From: an uncultured Acidobacteriota bacterium
GTDB lineage: Bacteria > Acidobacteriota > Thermoanaerobaculia > Multivoradales > SZUA-115
Assembly: GCA_963805975.1 (NCBI GenBank)
Contig: CAWDVR010000006.1
Span: 192,001-256,000, forward strand
Direction: 5' to 3'
DNA length: 64,000 nt
Positions 53,600 to 62,895 of this stretch are shown here, piece after piece. The position numbers were made by a program, and so were the translations under genes. Every line of letters starts with the position of its first letter. Within the stretch, counting starts at the first letter, position 1. The notes below the pieces were generated by a model that was not told the DNA's origin, ran no database searches, and saw nothing but the letters and a program-made list of their open reading frames with translations.

Positions 53600-53636
53600 A
53601 CGGCGGTTTCGATCTCGAAGCCGCCGTTTTCGTTTC
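53600..53636 (+). terminator. Rho-independent terminator
   Basis: ACGGCGGTTTCGA-tc-TCGAAGCCGCCGT followed by TTTCGTTT. Confidence 0.8.
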
Positions 53637-53654
53637 TCCTTCTGTCCCGCACCC

Positions 53655-54935
53655 ATGAATCGGCGCTTTCTGCTCCCGGCTGTTGCCGCCCTGATCGGCC
53701 TCGCCGGCGGAGTGATCCTCACCCGTCTGGCCATGGCGCCGGAGCTCGAGCCCGCTGCTCCCCAGGCTCCGGATCGGCCGGACAAGGTTGCTGCGGAGCG
53801 CGCAACGGTCCTCGGCCAAGCGCCGGTGAGCCAGGCCCTGCAGGCCCTGCCCTACGTGGACGGGACCTACGACGCGGAGGCGGGGAGGCAAGGCGTCCTC
53901 CTGCACGACGAGGCTCGAGCGTTTGACGGCCTCAACCTCTACTGCTCGCGGGAGCTGAAGTCCGCCTTGCTGCTCGACATGTCCGGCAAGGTGGTACGCC
54001 GTTGGCGCTTTCCGGCGGGGGTGGATCACTGCCAGGCGCTACCCAACGGCGAGGTCATCGGGCTGCGGCAGGACCGGGGTTTGACCAAGGTCGACGCGGC
54101 GTCGAAGGTGCTGTGGCGCTACGACGACGAGGCCCATCACGCCTTCTGGGTGGACCAGGGTGGCGAGATCTTCCTCCTCGCCCGGCGCCGCGTCCGGCGG
54201 CCGGACCTCCATCCCACCCTGGCGGTCTATGAGGACGCCATTGTGGTTCTCTCTTCCGCCGGCCGAAAGCTGCGCGAGATCTCGCTGCTGGGGGCGATCG
54301 AGCGCTCCCCCTACCGCTTTCTCCTGCCTGCCGTCGCCGACCGGCCTTTTGCCGCGAAGACCGCCGGTCGTGAGCCGGTCGTCGATCTGCTGCACCCCAA
54401 CCAGGTCGAGGTCTTCGACGGCTCGCTCGCGGCTCGCTCGCCGTTGTTCGCCCGCGGCAACTTGCTGGTCTCGTTTCGCAACGTGAGCAGCCTCGCGATC
54501 CTCGACCCGTCCGGGGAACGGGTCCTCTGGCTGTGGGGACCGTCGAACCTGGCCTACCCGCATCATCCGAGCCTGCTGCCGGCAGGCACTCTGCTGCTGT
54601 TCAACAACGGTACCGACGCCTCGGAGATCCTGGAGATCGACCCGCTGGGCTATCGGGTGGCTTGGCGCTGGGGCGAAGGCCAGGAGTTCTTCTCCGCCAC
54701 CCGCGGGAGCTGCCAGCGCCTGCCGAACGGCAACACCCTGGTCACCGAGTCGAACAAGGGCTACGTCTTCGAGCTGACGCCGGCCGGTGAGAAGGTGTGG
54801 GTGTGGGCGAACCCGTTGCTGCTCGAAGGGCAGGTCAGGGCGTACGTGTGGCGGATGTGGCGCTACCGGCCGGAGGAGCTGCCGTTCCTCACGGCGACCC
54901 CACCGGCGGCAAGGGTAGAAAGCCCTCGGGGGTAG
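53655..54935 (+). CDS. Arylsulfotransferase (ASST)-family protein
   Basis: N-terminal anchor, AHH, LHPN, PHHP, LFNNG and QRLPNGNTLVTES. Confidence 0.82.
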   Translation: MNRRFLLPAVAALIGLAGGVILTRLAMAPELEPAAPQAPDRPDKVAAERATVLGQAPVSQALQALPYVDGTYDAEAGRQGVLLHDEARAFDGLNLYCSRELKSALLLDMSGKVVRRWRFPAGVDHCQALPNGEVIGLRQDRGLTKVDAASKVLWRYDDEAHHAFWVDQGGEIFLLARRRVRRPDLHPTLAVYEDAIVVLSSAGRKLREISLLGAIERSPYRFLLPAVADRPFAAKTAGREPVVDLLHPNQVEVFDGSLAARSPLFARGNLLVSFRNVSSLAILDPSGERVLWLWGPSNLAYPHHPSLLPAGTLLLFNNGTDASEILEIDPLGYRVAWRWGEGQEFFSATRGSCQRLPNGNTLVTESNKGYVFELTPAGEKVWVWANPLLLEGQVRAYVWRMWRYRPEELPFLTATPPAARVESPRG

Positions 54936-56748
54936 GTCGGACCTCGGCGCCGCTCCGCCATTGCACCTCGATCCCCGGCAGGCCTGCCGGCTGCCAGGCC
55001 CGCCAGGCACCGGCGGTGGCCGGATCGAGGTCCGCGGCGAGCCCGGTGGAGGAGCAGGCCAGTCGCAAACGCGGGTGCGCCTCCGGGAGCCTGCCGTGGA
55101 GGCGCACGGAGAGCGCAGGCTGGTCACCCGGTCGCCAGAACAGCCGTGTTCGCTCTTCGTCCAGCAGGGCCTCTTCTCCCACGGCGGTCAGCTCGATCTC
55201 CTCGCAGGCACCTGCCTGGCTGCGCAACAGGAACCGGTCGCCGATGCGCGGGCGGCCTGGCGCCGCTTCGGCTTCGTCGACCTCCTCGGCCTCTTCCTTC
55301 ATCGGCCAGCCCAGGCTCGCCTGGATCGGGGCATAGAGGGAGGAGCAGGTGTGGAACCGCCACCCGCGCCAGGTCTGGAAGAGCAGCAGGGCCACGAGGA
55401 GGAGTGCGAGCCGACGGTCCAGCCGGAGCCGCGAGGGGGAGGTTTCGTAGAGCCGCGCCAGCCCGTGGCCGGCCGCCGGCAACAAGAGGAAGAGAAGAGG
55501 CAGGCCCATGCGCGGGCTGGCCACGGTCGGCAGCGAGGGCAGCATGCCGAAGCCGACCAGGGCGAGCCACAGGCCGCGGTGGCCGAGCGGCGGGCCCGGG
55601 CCAAAGAGTCCCCAGAGAACGAGCCCCAAAAGCAGCGCGAAGCTGACCGTCAGCAGGGCCCAGAGCCCTATCGCCAGAGCCGGCGCCACGGGCGGGTAGA
55701 CCGCCTGGAAGAGGTGGCGCAGGAGGTGCTGCTCGCCGTACCAGAGGTCGGCCACCCGGCCGAGCGCCCGCCGCAGGAAGGCGCCGGGCTCGTGGCGGAT
55801 GATCTCGAGAGCCAGGTGCCGCGCCGCATGGTCGCGAGGCTGGCCCGTTTCCCGCATCTGGGCGCGGATCATCCGGTTCACCCGTGCCTTGCGCTGCGGG
55901 CCGGTCTCGCCCGGCTCCTGCGGCACCTGGCCGAGCATCAGGTTGTAGCCGTTGGCCGTGGTCAGCAGGTGAAAGGAGCCTTCACGCCGCAACAGGGTCC
56001 AGTGCCAGGGGAGCACCATCAGAAAAGCGGTGCCGAGGGCCACGCCTGGCAGCATCCAGCGGCTCCTGCCCCCGAGCCGCAGCGCCAGCCAGGCCGCGAG
56101 CACCAAGAGGAAAGGCGCGCCCGCGATGCGGGCCAGAACGGAGGCGCCGCCGAGCGCGCCGGCGGCCACCGCCAGTGCGGTCCTTTGCCGGCCCTCGCCA
56201 GCCTCGGGAATGCGCAGGAAGAGGAGCAAAGTCGAGGCGAGCAGCAGCAGGAAGAGTGTCTCGGACCACAGCAGATGGGAGAACCCGACGAAGCTGGGGT
56301 AGAGCAGGTGCAGGCAGGCTGCGGCCAGTGCAACGCGGGCCCCGCCCGCGCGCTCGCCCATCCGGTAGACGAGCAGCGTGGTGGCGGCGGACAGCACCAC
56401 CGTGGCGAGCCGGGCCGCGGCAAGGCTCGGACCGAAGAGCAGCAGCGGCAGGGCCAGCACCAGCGGGTGAGCCGGCGGCCAGCGCCCCCGCCCATAGGCG
56501 CGCTCGAGGTCCGCCGCCGCCGGCGCCGCGCCGTGCACGAGAGCGCGGAGCACGGCGGCAAAGCCCTCGGCCTGCTCCAGGTACCCGGCCTCGTCCCAGG
56601 CGGGCAGCACCTCGGCACGAATCACCGGCCAGGCAACGAGCAGGCGGACCAGGAGCGAGGCGGCGAAGAGCCACAGCAGCCGGCGCTTGCGGAGGCGGGA
56701 GGCGGCGCCTGCCGCTGGGGCCTCGGCTTGCGGGGCGTAGGCGCTCAT
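54889..56748 (-). CDS. GT-C fold glycosyltransferase (GT39/ArnT-like)
   Basis: Multi-TM protein with WDE, WPPAHP, LYP...WSETLF and PR motifs. Confidence 0.82.
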   Translation of the reverse strand: MSAYAPQAEAPAAGAASRLRKRRLLWLFAASLLVRLLVAWPVIRAEVLPAWDEAGYLEQAEGFAAVLRALVHGAAPAAADLERAYGRGRWPPAHPLVLALPLLLFGPSLAAARLATVVLSAATTLLVYRMGERAGGARVALAAACLHLLYPSFVGFSHLLWSETLFLLLLASTLLLFLRIPEAGEGRQRTALAVAAGALGGASVLARIAGAPFLLVLAAWLALRLGGRSRWMLPGVALGTAFLMVLPWHWTLLRREGSFHLLTTANGYNLMLGQVPQEPGETGPQRKARVNRMIRAQMRETGQPRDHAARHLALEIIRHEPGAFLRRALGRVADLWYGEQHLLRHLFQAVYPPVAPALAIGLWALLTVSFALLLGLVLWGLFGPGPPLGHRGLWLALVGFGMLPSLPTVASPRMGLPLLFLLLPAAGHGLARLYETSPSRLRLDRRLALLLVALLLFQTWRGWRFHTCSSLYAPIQASLGWPMKEEAEEVDEAEAAPGRPRIGDRFLLRSQAGACEEIELTAVGEEALLDEERTRLFWRPGDQPALSVRLHGRLPEAHPRLRLACSSTGLAADLDPATAGAWRAWQPAGLPGIEVQWRSGAEVRPTPEGFLPLPPVGSP

Positions 56749-56836
56749 GATGGGTGAAGACGAGCGGCCAATGGTAGCATTCGGGGTTCTTGGCCCCCGG
56801 ACTCCTTCAACTCGCGAGCGAATCAGGATTCCCACC

Positions 56837-57931
56837 GTGAACGGCAGTGCTCGCCCGGCCCAGCCCACGCCCGCGCCGGAAGGCGCCCTCTACGTGGCGG
56901 ACGGGCTGCGTTTCCTGCGCCGCAACCTCTGGTGGACGGTCGTCGGCGGCTTGGCCATGGCGGTGCTCGCGGCGGTGGTGGTGATCACCTCGCCGACCCT
57001 CTACCAGGCGGCCGCGCTGCTCACCCTGGGGGGCGACCAGTTGGCGGGTGAGCCGGCGCCGCCACAGCTTTCCGCGGAGGGCTATCAGCGCCTCCTGCAG
57101 TCGCGCCCGGTGGTGGCCGAGACCTACAGCCGCCTCGAGGAACGCCGCGTGATCCCGGATGCGGAGACCGCGCAGCTCACCCTGTCGAGCGAGCTTCTGA
57201 CCTCGCGCCGGGGCGAGCTCGGCAACACCTCGCTGCTCGAGCTGGTCGCCGAGGCCGAGTCGCCCGAGGTGGCGAGCGCCGCTGCGAACCTCTGGGCCGA
57301 GGTCTTTCTCGAGGTGGAGCTCGCCCAGGTGCAGAGCTCCGGCATGCAGGGGGCCTACCACGCGCTGCTGGCCGATCGGGTGAAGCAGAAGGACCGGCTG
57401 TCGATCGCCCGGGAGCGGCTCTCGCAACTCCAGGCGCGGCTCCAGAAGACGCCGCCGAAGATCACCCTGATCAGCCGCCTCTCCGACCGCGAGCTCCTGC
57501 TCGGCGACAGCGTGGCGCAAGGCCGCTCGCCGACCATCGAGTCGCAGCAGGTCAACCCGCTGCACAACGACCTCTTCAACCAGGTCTCGACCATCGCCGC
57601 CGAGGTCGAGGCCGTGGCGCGGCAGGTGGAGGAGCTGGGCAAGACCGCCAAGGCGCTGAAGGAGCGGATCGACCGCAACCGCCGGCTCATCGCCAGCGGC
57701 GAGCCTCCGGACGTCGCGCTCGAGCCCCTGCCCGGCGTCGCGGTGCCCGCGTATGGCATTGCGCAGCTCGTCAGCCCGGCGGTGCCGCCCCAGTTGCCCA
57801 TGCCCCGGCGGCTGGCGGCCAAGGTGCTGCTGGCAGCGGTCGGTGGTGCTATCCTCGGCCTTCTGATCGCGGCCCTCCGTGAGACGGTGCGCAACCTGCC
57901 GCCGCCCTCCGATCCCGAGCGATCTCGTTGA
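56837..57931 (+). CDS. Wzz-like chain-length determinant
   Basis: N-terminal TM plus P.YQAAA, a periplasmic coiled coil, Pro-rich SPAVPP..P and a C-terminal TM. Start is uncertain. Confidence 0.8.
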   Translation: MNGSARPAQPTPAPEGALYVADGLRFLRRNLWWTVVGGLAMAVLAAVVVITSPTLYQAAALLTLGGDQLAGEPAPPQLSAEGYQRLLQSRPVVAETYSRLEERRVIPDAETAQLTLSSELLTSRRGELGNTSLLELVAEAESPEVASAAANLWAEVFLEVELAQVQSSGMQGAYHALLADRVKQKDRLSIARERLSQLQARLQKTPPKITLISRLSDRELLLGDSVAQGRSPTIESQQVNPLHNDLFNQVSTIAAEVEAVARQVEELGKTAKALKERIDRNRRLIASGEPPDVALEPLPGVAVPAYGIAQLVSPAVPPQLPMPRRLAAKVLLAAVGGAILGLLIAALRETVRNLPPPSDPERSR

Positions 57932-58030
57932 TCCGATCGCGGCGACCCCCGCGCGCGTCGAGCCTTGGGGGCGCACCGCCCGCGGATGCGCCGCCCGACA
58001 TCTAGGAGTCATCGAAAGGAGCTTCTCCGA

Positions 58031-59758
58031 GTGAGCAACCATCTCACCTCCGCCCACGGCGGGCGACTGTGCGAGCTGTTGGTCGGCGCCGAGCGCGGCG
58101 ACCGGTTGAAACAGGAATCGAAGGACTGGCCCTCGTGGAACCTCACGCCGCGGCAGATCTGTGATCTCGAGCTGCTGTCGAACGGCGGTTTCTCGCCGCT
58201 CACCGGTTTCCTCGGCCGTGCCGACTACGAGTCCGTGGTCTCCGACATGCGGCTCGCGAGCGGCCTGCTGTGGCCGATGCCGATCACTCTCGACGTGGAC
58301 GAGGCGACGGCCGAAAAGCTCTCCCCGGGCGCCAGGCTGGCGCTCCGCGATCCCGAGGGCGTGATGCTCGCGGTGCTCACCGTCAGCGACGTCTGGAAGC
58401 CCGACCGCGAGGCCGAGGCGCAGGCCGTGTTCGGCACCGTGGACAAGAAGCATCCCGGCGTCGCGGCTCTCGACCGCTCGCACCCGGTCTACGTGGGCGG
58501 CACCATCGAGGCCCTGCAACTGCCCAGCTATTACGACTTCCGTGCGCTTCGCCTGACGCCGGCCGAGATGCGCGCCGAGTTCGCCCGCCTGGGCTGGCGG
58601 CGGGTGGTCGCCTTCCAGACCCGCAACCCCATGCACCGCGCCCACGCCGAGCTCACGCTGCGCGCCGCCAAGGAGGCGGAGGCGAACCTGCTGATCCATC
58701 CGGTGGTGGGCATGACCAAGCCGGGGGACGTGGACCACTACACGCGCGTGCGCTGCTACCAGGCGGTGCTCCAGGGCTACCCGGCGCACGCGGCCACGCT
58801 CGCGCTGCTGCCGCTCGCCATGCGCATGGGCGGCCCGCGCGAGGCGGTGTGGCACGCCATCATCCGCAAGAACTTCGGCTGCACGCACTTCATCGTCGGC
58901 CGCGATCACGCCGGCCCCGGCAACGACTCGGCCGGCAAGCCGTTCTACGGCCCCTACGACGCGCAGCAGCTCCTCGCCGAGCACCAGGAAGAGCTCGGCG
59001 TCACCATGGTGCCGTTCCTCAACATGGTCTACGTCGAGAACCGCGACCAGTACATGCCGGACAACGAGGTGCAGCAGGACGAACGGGTGCTCAACCTCTC
59101 GGGCACCCAGCTCCGCGAGCGCCTCCAGGGCGGCCGGGAGATCCCGGCCTGGTTCACCTACCCGGAGGTCGCGACCGAGCTGCGCCGCACCCACCCGCCG
59201 CGCCACAGGCAGGGCTTCACGGTGTTCTTCACCGGCCTCTCGGGGTCCGGCAAGTCCACCATCGCCAACGTGCTGCTGGTCAAGTTCCTCGAGCTGGGCG
59301 GCCGGCCGGTGACGCTCCTCGACGGCGACATCGTGCGCAAGCACCTGTCCTCCGAGCTCGGCTTCTCGAAGGAGCACCGCGACATCAACATCCGCCGCAT
59401 CGGCTACGTCGCCTCCGAGATCACCAAGAACGGCGGCATCGCCATCTGCGCGCCGATCGCGCCCTACGACACCACGCGCAAAGAGGTGCGGCAGATGGTG
59501 GAGGCGGGCGGCGGCTTCGTGCTCGTCTTCCTCGCCACCCCGATCGAGGTCTGCGAGTCGCGCGACAGGAAGGGCCTCTACGCCAAGGCGCGGGCCGGCC
59601 TGGTCAAGGAGTTCACCGGCATCTCCGACCCCTACGAGGAGCCGACGGACGCCGACATCGTCATCAACACCGCCGAGTACACGCCCGAAGAGGCCGCGCA
59701 GGCGATCATCCTGCACCTCGAGAAGGAGGGCTTCATCGGCACCGAGGCGACCGCCTGA
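58031..59758 (+). CDS. sat: Bifunctional sulfate adenylyltransferase / adenylylsulfate kinase
   Basis: FQTRNPMHRAH and HFIVGRDHAG (Sat), plus FTGLSGSGKST, LDGD and KGLYAKAR (CysC). GTG start after AAGGAG. Confidence 0.95.
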   Translation: MSNHLTSAHGGRLCELLVGAERGDRLKQESKDWPSWNLTPRQICDLELLSNGGFSPLTGFLGRADYESVVSDMRLASGLLWPMPITLDVDEATAEKLSPGARLALRDPEGVMLAVLTVSDVWKPDREAEAQAVFGTVDKKHPGVAALDRSHPVYVGGTIEALQLPSYYDFRALRLTPAEMRAEFARLGWRRVVAFQTRNPMHRAHAELTLRAAKEAEANLLIHPVVGMTKPGDVDHYTRVRCYQAVLQGYPAHAATLALLPLAMRMGGPREAVWHAIIRKNFGCTHFIVGRDHAGPGNDSAGKPFYGPYDAQQLLAEHQEELGVTMVPFLNMVYVENRDQYMPDNEVQQDERVLNLSGTQLRERLQGGREIPAWFTYPEVATELRRTHPPRHRQGFTVFFTGLSGSGKSTIANVLLVKFLELGGRPVTLLDGDIVRKHLSSELGFSKEHRDINIRRIGYVASEITKNGGIAICAPIAPYDTTRKEVRQMVEAGGGFVLVFLATPIEVCESRDRKGLYAKARAGLVKEFTGISDPYEEPTDADIVINTAEYTPEEAAQAIILHLEKEGFIGTEATA

Positions 59759-60564
59759 TGACGCCGGCGGCCGACCGGACGGCGGACCTGGCGCGCATCG
59801 CGGCGGCGCTCGTCGCGGCGGGCGAGGTGCTCTCCGCCTTCACGCCCGGCGAGGTCGCGGCGCGGAAGAAGGCCGGCGGCAGCCCGGTGACCGATGCCGA
59901 CACCGCGGTCAACGAGCGGTTGCTCGCCCTCCTTCCGCGGGATGGGGAAGGCTGGCTCTCGGAGGAGACCGCGGACAGCGAGGCGCGGCTCTCCTGCCGC
60001 CGCGTCTGGGTGGTCGATCCGCTGGACGGCACCCGCGAGTTCGTCGAGGGCCTGCCCGAGTGGTGCGTGTCGATCGGCCTGGTGGAGGACGGCGAGGCGG
60101 TGGCCGGCGGCATCCTGAACCCGGCGACCGGCGAGACGTTTCTCGGCGCCATCGGCTCGGGTGTGACCCGCAACGGCGCAGACGTGACCGTCTCCGGCCG
60201 CACGGCGCTCGCCGGTGGCCGGGTGCTCGCCAGCCGCAGCGAGACCCGGCGCGGGCAGTGGGAGATCTTCTCGGGCACCGGCTTCGCGATCGAGCCCCTG
60301 GGCTCGGTGGCCTACAAGCTGGCCCTGGTCGCGGCCGGCCTGGCCGACGCCTCCTGGACCCTGGTGCCGAAGAACGAGTGGGACATCGCGGCCGGCGTGG
60401 CGCTGGTCAGGGCCGCGGGCGGCCTGGCCTACCGGCCCGATGGGCAGCCCTGCCGCTTCAACCAGGAGGCGACCCTGTACCCCGGCCTCGTCGCCTGCGG
60501 CCCGTGGCTCAGTGCCGACATCGAGCGCGTGATCGAGGAGCGGACGCGTGGAGCCGCCGTCTGA
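59758..60564 (+). CDS. cysQ: 3'(2'),5'-bisphosphate nucleotidase CysQ
   Basis: SPVTDAD, LSEE, WVVDPLDGTREF and EWDIAAG, with a TGATG overlap with sat. Confidence 0.88.
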   Translation: MTPAADRTADLARIAAALVAAGEVLSAFTPGEVAARKKAGGSPVTDADTAVNERLLALLPRDGEGWLSEETADSEARLSCRRVWVVDPLDGTREFVEGLPEWCVSIGLVEDGEAVAGGILNPATGETFLGAIGSGVTRNGADVTVSGRTALAGGRVLASRSETRRGQWEIFSGTGFAIEPLGSVAYKLALVAAGLADASWTLVPKNEWDIAAGVALVRAAGGLAYRPDGQPCRFNQEATLYPGLVACGPWLSADIERVIEERTRGAAV

Positions 60565-61918
60565 GCCGCGGCTGAGCTCCTCGGCGCCGGCCGCCCGGGA
60601 GATCGTCGCCCGGGAGCTGGCGGCCCGCATCGCCGGCGGCAGTGCCGTGGTCGGCGTCGTGGGCCTGGGCTACGTCGGCCTGCCGGTGGCGCTCACCTTC
60701 GTCGAGGCCGGGCTCTCGGCCCTGGGCTTCGACGTCGATCGGAAGAAAGTCGAGGCCCTGGAGCGGGGCGAGTGCTACATCGGCCACCTCGACGCCGGCC
60801 GCGTGGCCTCCGCCGTGGCGGCCGGGAAGCTGCACGCCACCGCCGACTTCTCGCGCCTGGGCGAGCCGGACGCGGTGGTGATCTGCGTCCCTACCCCGCT
60901 CACGCCGCAGCGCGAGCCGGACCTCTCCTACGTCCTGGCCACGGCGCGGCAGCTCAAGCCCGTGCTGCGGCGCGGCCAGCTCGTGGTGCTCGAGTCCACC
61001 ACCTACCCCGGCACCACGGACGAGGTGCTGCGCCGCGAGCTCGAGGAGACGGGCCTGGTCTGCGGTGAGGACTTCTTCCTCGCCTTCTCGCCCGAGCGCG
61101 AGGACCCGGGCAACGCGCGCTTTTCGACCGCGACCATCCCCAAGGTGGTGGGCGGGGTGGACGAGGTCTCGGGCGACCTCGCGCAGGCGCTCTACGACCG
61201 CGCCTTCGCGCGCACCGTGCGCGTGTCCTCGGCGCGGGCCGCCGAGGCCGCCAAGATCACCGAGAACGTCTTCCGGGCGGTCAACATCGCCCTGGTCAAC
61301 GAGCTCAAGGTGGTCTACGACCGCATGGGAATCGATGTCTGGGAGGTGCTGGACGCCGCCGAGACCAAGCCGTTCGGCTTTCTGCGCTTCAACCCCGGCC
61401 CCGGCTGGGGCGGCCACTGCATCCCGCTCGACCCCTTCTATCTCTCGTGGAAGGCGCGCGAGCATGGCCCGGCGCCGCGTTTCATCGAGCTCGCCGGCGA
61501 GGTCAACTGGGAGATGCCGGGCTACGTGGTGGGCAAGCTCCAGGGGGCGCTCAACGAGCGTGGCCTCGCGGTCCGGAGCGCCCGGGTGCTGGTGCTCGGC
61601 ATCGCCTACAAGAAGGACGTGGCGGACCCGCGGGAGAGCCCGGCCTTCGAGGTGATCGAGCGCCTTCTGGCCCTCGGGGCACAAGTCTCGTACCACGACC
61701 CGTACCTGCCGGAGGCGCCTCGCATGCGCACCTGGCCGGACCTGCCGGTGCTCCGCTCGGTGCCGCTCACCGCCGAGGAGGTGGCGGCGGCCGACGCGGT
61801 GATGGTGGTCACCGACCACACGGCGGTGGACTACGGCCTGGTGGCGGAGCACGCCCGCCTGATCGTCGACACCCGCGGCGTCTTCCGCCGCGGCGGGCCG
61901 AACGTCGTGAAGGCCTGA
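60548..61918 (+). CDS. UDP-GlcNAc/UDP-glucose 6-dehydrogenase family protein (WbpA-like)
   Basis: GLGYVGLP, ICVPTP, LESTTYPGTT, SPEREDPGN, GGHCIP and D.RESP. Confidence 0.92.
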   Translation: MEPPSEPRLSSSAPAAREIVARELAARIAGGSAVVGVVGLGYVGLPVALTFVEAGLSALGFDVDRKKVEALERGECYIGHLDAGRVASAVAAGKLHATADFSRLGEPDAVVICVPTPLTPQREPDLSYVLATARQLKPVLRRGQLVVLESTTYPGTTDEVLRRELEETGLVCGEDFFLAFSPEREDPGNARFSTATIPKVVGGVDEVSGDLAQALYDRAFARTVRVSSARAAEAAKITENVFRAVNIALVNELKVVYDRMGIDVWEVLDAAETKPFGFLRFNPGPGWGGHCIPLDPFYLSWKAREHGPAPRFIELAGEVNWEMPGYVVGKLQGALNERGLAVRSARVLVLGIAYKKDVADPRESPAFEVIERLLALGAQVSYHDPYLPEAPRMRTWPDLPVLRSVPLTAEEVAAADAVMVVTDHTAVDYGLVAEHARLIVDTRGVFRRGGPNVVKA

Positions 61919-62895
61919 TGGCAGCGCTCGACCTCGCCGGAGCCAGCGTTCTCGTCACCGGCGGCGCCGGCTTCATCGGCTCGCACCTGGTCGATGTCCT
62001 GGTGGCGCGGGGCAGCCGCGTGCGCGTGCTCGACAACTTCTCGACCGGCAGCCGCGCCAACCTTTCGCACCTGGGCTCGCATCTCGGCACCGCAGTGGAG
62101 CTAAACGAGGGCGACCTGCGGGACACCGAGGCCTGCCGCCGCGCCGCGCAGGGCATCCGAGTGGTCTTTCACCAGGCGGCGCTGGGCTCGGTGCCGCGCT
62201 CGCTCGCGGACCCGGCCACCACCTTCGCCGTCAACCTGGCCGGCACCGCCAATCTGCTGGCTGCGGCACGGGACGCCGGGGTGGCGCGGGTGGTCTACGC
62301 CTCGTCCTCGAGCGTCTATGGTGCATCCCCGGTGCTGCCGCGCCGGGAAGGCACCGAGGGCGAGCCGCTGTCGCCCTACGCGCAGTCGAAGCGCCTGGCG
62401 GAGGAAGTGGCGCGCGGCTTCGGCACGTTCTTCGGCCTGGAGGTGGTGGGCCTGCGTTACTTCAACGTCTTCGGGCCCCGCCAGAGCCCGGAAGGCCCCT
62501 ATGCCGCGGTGATCCCGCGCTTTCTCGCCGCCTACGCGGCGGGCCGTGCTCCCGAGATCCACGGCGACGGCAGCCAGTCCCGCGACTTCACCTATGTGGC
62601 GGACGTGGTGGCCGCCAACCTGCTCGCCGCCGTGGCGCCGGCCGAAGCCTGCGGGCGGGCGTACAACGTGGGCTCGGGGCGGACGACCACCGTGCTCGAG
62701 CTGGCGCGGCTCCTTGCCGAGCTCTCGGGCGGCGGGCCGGAGCCGCGGCTCGGCCCGCCGCGGCCCGGCGACGTGCAGCACTCGCACGCCGACCTCGCGG
62801 ACGCCGAGCGCCTCCTGGACTACCGTCCGGCCTGGAGGCTGGAGGAGGGACTGCGCGAGACCGTGGCCTGGTTTGCGGAGCGGCCGGGAGGATGA
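61918..62895 (+). CDS. NAD-dependent nucleotide-sugar epimerase (WbpP-like)
   Basis: TGGAGFIGS, HQAALGSVPRS, SPYAQSK and RYFNVFGPRQ. Confidence 0.92.
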   Translation: MAALDLAGASVLVTGGAGFIGSHLVDVLVARGSRVRVLDNFSTGSRANLSHLGSHLGTAVELNEGDLRDTEACRRAAQGIRVVFHQAALGSVPRSLADPATTFAVNLAGTANLLAAARDAGVARVVYASSSSVYGASPVLPRREGTEGEPLSPYAQSKRLAEEVARGFGTFFGLEVVGLRYFNVFGPRQSPEGPYAAVIPRFLAAYAAGRAPEIHGDGSQSRDFTYVADVVAANLLAAVAPAEACGRAYNVGSGRTTTVLELARLLAELSGGGPEPRLGPPRPGDVQHSHADLADAERLLDYRPAWRLEEGLRETVAWFAERPGG

